This document shows, one piece after another, positions 25,025 to 31,409 of a stretch of DNA of 64,000 bases. The first letter of the stretch is position 1, and each line of letters opens with the position of its first letter. The stretch lies in the IMG/VR virus record IMGVR_UViG_3300045988_162908; one strand, written 5' to 3'. The DNA comes from a virus. Position numbers and translations under genes: made by a program. The notes under the pieces are model-generated. The model was not told where the DNA came from. It searched no databases and saw nothing but the letters and a program-made list of their open reading frames with translations.

Positions 25025-25612
25025 ATGGAGGTTTTTAATCTTGTTATAGAAGGGCAAAATAACCTTAAATGTTTATTAAGCGTAAAATTGCCCGTTGATG
25101 ATCCTAAATATTCAAAGTTTGGGAAAGACTTTTTTGATGATGAGTTTATAAATGATGAAGTCTTTAAATATTTCGATCGTTATTTTATGTATCTTTCAGA
25201 TGAGTTTACTGCCTGGTATCAGCAAAACGAAGAAGAAGCATGGTTTGACTTACGCTTAGGCGATGATGGCAAAATGTATGCGGTAGCAGGCGACTCAGAA
25301 GGTATTAAGTTCTTAAATGAGGTAATCTATATAACATTAGATTATCTCGATCATGAGATAAACTTTATGGGTAGCGAGAAAGATAGTAGTTATTGGTTTA
25401 GTTTTTGGATTGACCCAGATGGTGGCATCCTAAAAGCTGCTGACCATTGTCGTTCTTTTGACTTTTATGACGACTTAAATGATGATGACGCATATTATCC
25501 GATGACAGAATATAGCTTCAAGGCAGCTCTCGATGATTTGATTGCACATAGCGACGACTATCAGAATCCTATCGAGGAGGAGGACGAAGAAGAGGAGGAA
25601 GAGGAAGAATAA
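25025..25612 (+). CDS. hypothetical protein with a poly-Glu tail
   Basis: ATG at 25025 (MEVFNLVIEG...) abuts a class-2 motif. The ORF track starts at 24944 inside the previous gene. The protein ends EEEDEEEEEEEE. Confidence 0.65.
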   Translation: MEVFNLVIEGQNNLKCLLSVKLPVDDPKYSKFGKDFFDDEFINDEVFKYFDRYFMYLSDEFTAWYQQNEEEAWFDLRLGDDGKMYAVAGDSEGIKFLNEVIYITLDYLDHEINFMGSEKDSSYWFSFWIDPDGGILKAADHCRSFDFYDDLNDDDAYYPMTEYSFKAALDDLIAHSDDYQNPIEEEDEEEEEEEE

Positions 25613-25616
25613 AAAA

Positions 25617-25735
25617 GCCCCGACCTAAGCCGGGGCACTGCGAGCCTTCTGGCTCGAATCTACTATAGTAGAAATTTGGCTCTTTAAGAGCGTTTGAATC
25701 CACAGACTTTTGAAAGTCTGACCGTCAACGGAAGT
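25617..25735. other. cluster of 5-6 consecutive hairpins (terminators and/or small RNA)
   Basis: GCCCCG..CGGGGC (with A6 on the 5' side, which is T6 on the minus strand), CGAGCC-ttct-GGCTCG, TACTATAGTA, GCTCTT-AAGAGC, CAGACTTT-AAAGTCTG, and CCGT-ca-ACGG plus a T-run. Confidence 0.6.
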
Positions 25736-25859
25736 TTTATTTTTCTTTCTATTCCATAAAGGTACGATTAAAAATCTTCCGAAGACGGTGCAAATTTAAG
25801 AAATAAAACAATACGGTGTATCAATTTACACGAATTATTAATATTAATTAAGATATTTC

Positions 25860-25886
25860 AGCCCTACCGCAGCACGGCGAAGCGGA
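25860..25886 (+). promoter_or_regulatory. class-2 upstream stem-loop motif (variant)
   Basis: AGCCCTACCGCAGCACGGCGAAGCGGA before ATG 25891. Stem CCGC/GCGG (compensatory). Confidence 0.55.
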
Positions 25887-25890
25887 TTTT

Positions 25891-26364
25891 ATGGAGGATA
25901 TGAAAAATCAGGCATCATCAACCGCCACGAAAGATAGTATCAGCATCGCTCCCCGTGATGTGCTCCAGTGTTACGGCCTATTGGAGGCTCACCTGGATAA
26001 TTTGAAGCCTGGCGAGTATTCCGTCTGCATCAATTACAAGAAAAAGGGTGTTGTAGAGCTGCGCAGGAACCCACGTCCTGCTGATCACCTGAACGTATTG
26101 GAGAAGGTAACGAAGGAGGAGAAGAATACCAAGGCAGCCCTGCATCGTTTTGCTGTCGAGGTTCGTAAGGCGTACCAGTCTGGTATCACCATCATCGGCA
26201 AGACTCATGCCCTGAAAAGTTTCGGAAAACGTATCGTAGATGCAGCGCTATGTATTAAGGAAGCCAACAACCAGTATTATTCCTGCGCTGCTCCTCGTCA
26301 GTACTACGATAAGAATGCGCTGGTATATATGAAGCTGGAGCAGATAGAGAATGAAGATAAATAA
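25891..26364 (+). CDS. hypothetical protein
   Basis: 157-aa ATG ORF. Confidence 0.7.
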   Translation: MEDMKNQASSTATKDSISIAPRDVLQCYGLLEAHLDNLKPGEYSVCINYKKKGVVELRRNPRPADHLNVLEKVTKEEKNTKAALHRFAVEVRKAYQSGITIIGKTHALKSFGKRIVDAALCIKEANNQYYSCAAPRQYYDKNALVYMKLEQIENEDK

Positions 26365-26400
26365 AGTAATTATCGTAACTATTAAAATTCACTTGAAGTT

Positions 26401-27060
26401 ATGAAGAAAGATAGATTTGTTGTAAAATCCAGCAAGACCGAATCTGTAGTATGGACGGTTGAAGATAATATGTCGGGCATAGGCATCACTTTCGTAGAAG
26501 GAGATTTGTTTGATACTTGTAGATATTTTTTCATCGACAAAGCAAAATGCAAGAATAAGAATATTGATGGCATCGTTGCAAATATCACTAAGTGGATAGG
26601 TGAGAACCACCTGGATTTAGCTGTATGTAACGTTTCTGCCCGATTTCGTGCTATCTGGCTGCTGAACGATTCCCACTGCCTGACAGTCATCACTGAGGCT
26701 ATTAAGGGTATCTCTCCTAACGATGTGGATATGGCCAAAGCTTCTGATACTCTCTTTAACAAGGTTCACGATTACGTTCTTACGGGCGATGGCGAAAATG
26801 AGTTCTGTTCCGAGCAGGAGATTACCCGACTCCTTGGCGCGGTATCTATGCTATCAGATAAAGAGGCGATGGAGGTGTATTGTCTGGCTTCCGTCTTCTG
26901 GAATTACAAGGATAAGGCAGAAATAGATATTGGCAATTATGCAGATGATCTTATTTGTTGGCCAGTCTATTTACCTCGTGAGCAACAAGCCGAGGCGATG
27001 GGCAATGATAGCAAGATTATCGAAGCTGAAGATTTTGAACTCGAAGAAGAGGAAAAATAG
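26401..27060 (+). CDS. hypothetical protein
   Basis: 219-aa ATG ORF. Confidence 0.7.
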   Translation: MKKDRFVVKSSKTESVVWTVEDNMSGIGITFVEGDLFDTCRYFFIDKAKCKNKNIDGIVANITKWIGENHLDLAVCNVSARFRAIWLLNDSHCLTVITEAIKGISPNDVDMAKASDTLFNKVHDYVLTGDGENEFCSEQEITRLLGAVSMLSDKEAMEVYCLASVFWNYKDKAEIDIGNYADDLICWPVYLPREQQAEAMGNDSKIIEAEDFELEEEEK

Positions 27061-27140
27061 AACACGAAAAGGCTTTGGCCAAACTTCTATTTAGGAAAAA
27101 TAGAACATTTATAGTAACTTTTTTAAATCACAAAAATAAT

Positions 27141-27335
27141 ATGGCAACGATTACGATTGTAGATAATAAAGGCAGAAAAGGCAGACCTGCTGCTGAAGGC
27201 AAGAAACGACAGTATGTCATCCCTGACGATGTGCATGAGTGGATCATGAGTCACGGAGGCAGCAAGTATATTGCTGATACTTTCCGAGCTATTAAGACTA
27301 CGACCTTACAGGCGCAGGAGGACCCCTCGTTATAG
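27141..27335 (+). CDS. hypothetical small basic protein
   Basis: ATG at 27141 (MATITIVDNKGRKGRP...). The ORF-track start at 27075 is a TTG. Confidence 0.5.
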   Translation: MATITIVDNKGRKGRPAAEGKKRQYVIPDDVHEWIMSHGGSKYIADTFRAIKTTTLQAQEDPSL

Positions 27336-27374
27336 TGTCGGTGATTTTTCACCGATGCTGCGACAAAATTATAA
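27313..27374 (+). promoter_or_regulatory. class-3 element: stem CGCAG/CTGCG enclosing a hairpin, then ACAAAATTATAA
   Basis: CGCAG (27313-17) pairs with CTGCG (27358-62). Inner hairpin TCGGTGA-tttt-TCACCGA. Followed by ACAAAATTATAAAC, 27 nt before ATG 27401. Confidence 0.5.
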
Positions 27375-27400
27375 ACATCAATACTAAAATTTACAAGGCT

Positions 27401-27700
27401 ATGAATAAAGAAGAAATCGAAGAGATTGTTTGCAATAAGCTCGCAAACGATCTGAACTTTAACGAAATGCAGATTCGCCATGAAACCATCACGGATATTA
27501 CAAACAAATGCGGTACCATACAACCTTGCATTATTGCGATGCAGCCGGTTGTAGATTGGTTTAACTCGAAAAAGCTCGAAACCAAACTGAGGAGAGAGCA
27601 AGAGCCTTATGTGGGTGTACTCCTCAATCTGATTGCGTTTCTTGCTGCAAACGACATTGCAGGCTTGACGCAGAACTGGGTACTCAGTGATATGGAATAA
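27401..27700 (+). CDS. hypothetical protein
   Basis: ATG at 27401 (MNKEEIEEIV...) downstream of a class-3 element. Confidence 0.6.
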   Translation: MNKEEIEEIVCNKLANDLNFNEMQIRHETITDITNKCGTIQPCIIAMQPVVDWFNSKKLETKLRREQEPYVGVLLNLIAFLAANDIAGLTQNWVLSDME

Positions 27701-27739
27701 GAAACATCAATTTAAATACATTCAAAAGATTATAGCAAT

Positions 27740-27862
27740 ATGAAAAAAGCAATTACATATTCCCTTGCAGCCCTCGCCCTCGTAGGTGTAGCGGTACTGC
27801 TCTTCTCTACTATCGGTGTAGCAGTATTCTTCCTGCCTCTTCTGGCTGGAGCATTCAAGTAA
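27740..27862 (+). CDS. 40-aa single/double-pass membrane peptide
   Basis: MKKAITYSLAALALVGVAVLLFSTIGVAVFFLPLLAGAFK. Below the ORF-track length cut-off. Read directly from the sequence. Confidence 0.4.
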   Translation: MKKAITYSLAALALVGVAVLLFSTIGVAVFFLPLLAGAFK

Positions 27863-27995
27863 GACAGGGTTTCAAACTCTATCTTACTTGAATATAGTTT
27901 GAAGTAGCAGCGAAACTTCGCTGGGAATCTAAAAAATACGTAGATACACACAATATTCCGGAATGGTATGCGTTATTATGGTATGCGAAGATAAT

Positions 27996-28040
27996 CACAG
28001 GAAGCGGCTATATACTGCTTCCTGTGACAAAATATAAAAC
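27996..28040 (+). promoter_or_regulatory. class-3 element: stem CACAGGAAGC/GCTTCCTGTG, then ACAAAATATAAAAC
   Basis: Perfect 10-bp stem (27996-28005 / 28017-28026). The tail motif is shared with 27358-27374 and 45414-45432. Confidence 0.5.
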
Positions 28041-28068
28041 TAATAACATATTAAAGTCGAAAACTGAA

Positions 28069-29025
28069 ATGAAGAAGAAGAACTTTTTAGTGGCTGCTCT
28101 GATGATGGCAGCAAGCGTGATGTCCCTTACATCATGCAGCGAAAACGAAGTAATCAATCAGTCTGAAGAACAAGATCAGAGTGCAGACCATGGTAAGGTT
28201 GCGGTCAAGTTAGTCTGCTCCCCTACTCCATCGGTAACTTACACCCGTGCATCCATGACAGCGAATGGCAAGCAGCTCACGGATCTCTACATCCTTGACT
28301 ACAACAAGGCAACCGGCAAACTGCTCCAGGTATTACACCAGACGAGCACGGCAGAAGACTTTGCCGAGCCTACGCTGAACCTCGATTACGGCAACCACAT
28401 TTTCAAGGTGATTGCTACGAGAAGCGCATCCCCTACCCTATTGGGTGAAGATGGCGCTTTATGGAACCTGCAGGAGAACACTGCTTTTGCGGTAGCCGAT
28501 GATGGCAATGTGCCTGTAATATGGACGAGTGACAAGACCTCTGATAGTTTCGGAGCTTCGCAGGATGTCAATGTAGGCATAGGCAAGGACCAGACCATCC
28601 ATATCCAGTTGGAGCGTATGGTAGCGAAATTGGTACTCAAGAATACGGGTACCTTTCCGGCTGATTGCAGCACCATCCAGTTGTCTCTCGACGAGTACAA
28701 GACCTGGAACTGGCAAAGCTTCTCCGTTATGGAAGCTGCAAAAAATCAGCGTATCTCTGACGCTTCGCAGTATGCTGGCCAAACGGGTAGTACTATTTCC
28801 TACTTCTTCCTGGCTCCTGATGGCGATGGCTACACTACGGACATTTCTCTCCAGATGAACCGCAAGGATAGCAACGAGCCGTATGCTGCCTTCACCATCC
28901 CGAATGTGCGCCTCCAGCGTAACCGTATCACTACCATAAGCGGTTCTTATTATGACCACCAGTCCGGCTTTTCCCTTACGGTAAATGATGCGTGGGAGGA
29001 AGAACAGAACAATGTAGAGTTTTGA
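28069..29025 (+). CDS. lipoprotein, possibly fimbrillin/Mfa-like
   Basis: ATG at 28069 gives MKKKNFLVAALMMAASVMSLTSC (lipobox). The body has the beta-rich, TRA-containing N-terminal pattern seen in Bacteroidota fimbrial lipoproteins (weak). Confidence 0.6.
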   Translation: MKKKNFLVAALMMAASVMSLTSCSENEVINQSEEQDQSADHGKVAVKLVCSPTPSVTYTRASMTANGKQLTDLYILDYNKATGKLLQVLHQTSTAEDFAEPTLNLDYGNHIFKVIATRSASPTLLGEDGALWNLQENTAFAVADDGNVPVIWTSDKTSDSFGASQDVNVGIGKDQTIHIQLERMVAKLVLKNTGTFPADCSTIQLSLDEYKTWNWQSFSVMEAAKNQRISDASQYAGQTGSTISYFFLAPDGDGYTTDISLQMNRKDSNEPYAAFTIPNVRLQRNRITTISGSYYDHQSGFSLTVNDAWEEEQNNVEF

Positions 29026-29080
29026 GTAAAGGTAAAAAGGTAAAAGAGTAAAAAGGTAAAAAGAGCATTCTTGCTTTTAC
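29026..29080. repeat. GTAAAAAG-type dispersed repeat (forward arm)
   Basis: GTAAAGGTAAAAAGGTAAAAGAGTAAAAAGGTAAAAAGAGCATTCTTGCTTTTACC immediately after the stop at 29025. Confidence 0.85.
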
Positions 29081-29091
29081 CGAGGATAAAG

Positions 29092-29301
29092 CGTGCGGAT
29101 ATGCTATTATGGAATTGCATATTCGCACGTTTCCATTATACCATATTACCATAATCAAAGATTTCCATAACAACAGATTTCCATAATTCAACGTTCATGC
29201 AAGAGTATCATTCCATAAACCCACAAACACACAAACGTGCATATATTTATGCGTTTATGGATTTATGTATTTGTTGATTTCAATATACAAATACATAAAT
29301 C
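29092..29301. repeat. centromere-like repeat region upstream of parA
   Basis: 13-bp near-perfect IR CGTGCGGATATGC / GCATATTCGCACG (29092-29104 / 29117-29129). TTCCATAA octamers in both orientations at 29107, 29163, 29179, 29211 and 29255, plus a degenerate TTCCATTA at 29131. Perfect 15-bp IR GATTTATGTATTTGT / ACAAATACATAAATC (29260-29274 / 29287-29301). Confidence 0.6.
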
Positions 29302-29465
29302 AACGTAGAAACATACACACTCATACATATAGAAATACATTCATACACCAACGAAGAAATAAACACATTAAGCAATAAAAGAATGAATAAATACACTAAT
29401 ACATATACAAATGAACTAATAAATGAAGAAATTTACGCATAAAAGCATTAAATATTTTAAATTTG

Positions 29466-29497
29466 TTTGGCGGTTTAAATTTAATTTCTTAAATTTG
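29466..29497 (+). promoter_or_regulatory. Bacteroidota promoter TTTG-N20-TAAATTTG for parA
   Basis: TTTG at 29466 and TAAATTTG at 29490. It is flanked by two copies of ACACAAACGTGCAT (29229 and 29525). Confidence 0.65.
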
Positions 29498-29661
29498 CAG
29501 TCATAAAAGCACAAAAACATAAAAACACAAACGTGCATTTGTATATTTGTGTATTCATGCACTTATGTGTATGCAGATTAGTGGATGTGTGTATTCGTGT
29601 ATTGTTTCCTGCATTGTCAGGCTAAAGAGAAGATAATAATAAATAACCAAAAATATAAGTT

Positions 29662-30537
29662 ATGGCAGAAACAAGATTGAAAGAAATCCTCGCCTTCGTA
29701 AATCACAAGGGAGGAGTTGGTAAGACAACAACAGTTCAGAGTTTGGCAACAGGTCTTCGTCGTTACGGCAAAGGTCATTTCGGTTTGGGTAAAGATGGCA
29801 AGGAGCGCAAGCCTCGCATCCTGCTAATTGACCTTGACCCCCAGTCAAGTCTCTCCTTCCTCTTTGGATGGAGTGAGGCAGAGAATGCCGGGCAGCCTAC
29901 CGTATATGATGCGATGATACAGCAGTCTCGTTTGCCTGTCTATCAGGTAAGAGAGGGCATATATCTCGCTCCTGCATCTTACAGATTGATCAACATCGAG
30001 CCTTTCCTCAACCAGATGCCGGTACCACGCAAGGCTTTGTTTAAGCTATTCAGTAAGCCGATGACGGAAGTTCGAGGCGACGAATTGACAACGGAAGGAG
30101 TTTCATCTATCCTGGAGGCTTTCGATTACGTTCTGATAGACTGCCCCCCAGCGTTATCTCTGCTTACGCATAATGCCCTATCGGTTGCATCGGGCGTGGT
30201 AATACCTATCCAGCTCGAAATGCTGGCAACAAAAGGTATTGCTGAAATTCTGAATGCGGTGCAGGAAACTCGTGAAGACTTGAATCCTGATATTGATATT
30301 CGCGGTTTGTTCATGGTAATGAGCAATGATCAGACAAGAGCCACTAAGCAGTTTAAGGAGTATCTGGGCAATAAGTTTGATGACTATATGTTTGATTCAT
30401 ACACTCGTCGAGATACGAAGATGGTGGAGGCACAAGCCCTCAATCAGGATATATTCTCTTATTCGCCTTATTGCAGGGTAGGACAAGACTATGAGAATTT
30501 TACGAAAGAGATATTGGCCAGTATGCCGAAAGATTAA
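29662..30537 (+). CDS. parA: ParA/Soj-family partition ATPase
   Basis: Deviant Walker A NHKGGVGKTTT at the N-terminus. Walker B-like VLIDCPP. 291 aa. Confidence 0.85.
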   Translation: MAETRLKEILAFVNHKGGVGKTTTVQSLATGLRRYGKGHFGLGKDGKERKPRILLIDLDPQSSLSFLFGWSEAENAGQPTVYDAMIQQSRLPVYQVREGIYLAPASYRLINIEPFLNQMPVPRKALFKLFSKPMTEVRGDELTTEGVSSILEAFDYVLIDCPPALSLLTHNALSVASGVVIPIQLEMLATKGIAEILNAVQETREDLNPDIDIRGLFMVMSNDQTRATKQFKEYLGNKFDDYMFDSYTRRDTKMVEAQALNQDIFSYSPYCRVGQDYENFTKEILASMPKD

Positions 30538-30585
30538 GGCACCGGACGTTATAGATAATGTATCATTTTAAAAAGAAACATAGAT

Positions 30586-30993
30586 ATGGCAAGACAAGCA
30601 TCGAATAATTTGAATAAGTTTAAAGGACTGGAAGACTCTCCAGCCATCCAAGGTATAGAAAGAATTTATGAGGCTAACGAGGAAGCTCACCAAAAGCGAG
30701 TTGCCGAAGCTTTGGAACAACAGCAGAACGGACAGGGTACCGCAGAGACGGACACTATGTCACAGACTGATGCACCTTCGCACTCTCCGGTCCCTCCTGT
30801 ATCATCTGCCCCTATTTCTACTCCCGAACCTGCTCCAGCGAAAAAAACTGGCAAGAAGACTCAGAACGGCATCACTATCTATGTGCCGATGAACTACTAC
30901 ATGCAGATATTACAGATGAAGATGGAGACGGGTGTTCCTATTAAGGATATTGCCCTGCAAGCTGTCATCGAGTACCTGAATAGACATAAATAA
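30586..30993 (+). CDS. partition adaptor / centromere-binding protein candidate with a C-terminal ribbon-helix-helix (ParG-like)
   Basis: 135 aa. Disordered P/S/T-rich middle. The C-terminus GITIYVPMNYYMQILQMKMETGVPIKDIALQAVIEYLNRH has a beta-alpha-alpha RHH pattern. It lies immediately after parA. Confidence 0.55.
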   Translation: MARQASNNLNKFKGLEDSPAIQGIERIYEANEEAHQKRVAEALEQQQNGQGTAETDTMSQTDAPSHSPVPPVSSAPISTPEPAPAKKTGKKTQNGITIYVPMNYYMQILQMKMETGVPIKDIALQAVIEYLNRHK

Positions 30994-31028
30994 AGGTAAA
31001 AGGGCAAAAGAGTAAAAAGGCTTTTGCT
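30991..31028. repeat. GTAAAAAG-type dispersed repeat (short forward arm)
   Basis: TAAAGGTAAAAGGGCAAAAGAGTAAAAAGGCTTTTGCT, overlapping the stop codon. Confidence 0.75.
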
Positions 31029-31050
31029 GGTAAATGAAAAGTCAGATTTC
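31029..31050 (+). repeat. outlying iteron copy (direct)
   Basis: GGTAAATGAAAAGTCAGATTTC. Confidence 0.8.
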
Positions 31051-31060
31051 TACCTTCTGA

Positions 31061-31099
31061 GGTACCGAAAACTATACCCCTCGGCACTATTTCGGTACC
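31061..31099. repeat. perfect 10-bp inverted repeat GGTACCGAAA-N19-TTTCGGTACC
   Basis: It lies between the two outlying iterons. Confidence 0.8.
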
Positions 31100-31155
31100 A
31101 ACTCACTACATTTGTGGCTAAGTTTAGGCGAAATCCTACTAAATCATTTTACCTT

Positions 31156-31176
31156 CAATCTGACTTTTCGTTTACC
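31156..31176 (-). repeat. outlying iteron copy (inverted)
   Basis: CAATCTGACTTTTCGTTTACC is the reverse complement of the iteron. It is followed by an ~80-bp AT-rich stretch (31180-31260). Confidence 0.8.
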
Positions 31177-31275
31177 AAAAAATGAAAACTTTAAATAGAA
31201 AATTATAAGATTATAGATATTATATATATTAGGAAAATCTTAATAGTTTGGTTTTCAGACACTTACAAAGTTACT

Positions 31276-31407
31276 GGTAAACGAAAAGTCAGATTGTGGT
31301 AAACGAAAAGTCAGATTGTGGTAAATGAAAAGTCAGATTGTGGTAAACGAAAAGTCAGATTGTGGTAAACGAAAAGTCAGATTGTGGTAAACGAAAAGTC
31401 AGATTTG
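31276..31407 (+). repeat. six tandem 22-bp iterons (origin of plasmid-type replication)
   Basis: GGTAAACGAAAAGTCAGATTGT x6, head-to-tail. One copy has AAATG and the last ends TTTG. The array abuts the rep start codon. Confidence 0.9.
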
Positions 31408-31409
31408 AT

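Noticed and set aside
25641-25705. tRNA-like strings GGCTCGAATC and GTTTGAATCC
   Set aside because: No cloverleaf can be drawn. There is no 7-bp acceptor stem and no anticodon arm at the proper distance, and the T-arm flanks do not pair. These are simple hairpins.
31276-31407. Regularly spaced 22-bp direct repeats that might be mistaken for a CRISPR array
   Set aside because: The units are head-to-tail with no spacers. They abut a Rep-type initiator gene and have outlying inverted copies. These are iterons, not CRISPR repeats. No cas genes are present.
31362-31409. ORF-track GTG start for the Rep protein
   Set aside because: It would translate the last two and a half iterons (MVNEKSDCGKRKVRFD). 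The ATG at 31410 immediately follows the array and begins the conserved-looking N-terminus.
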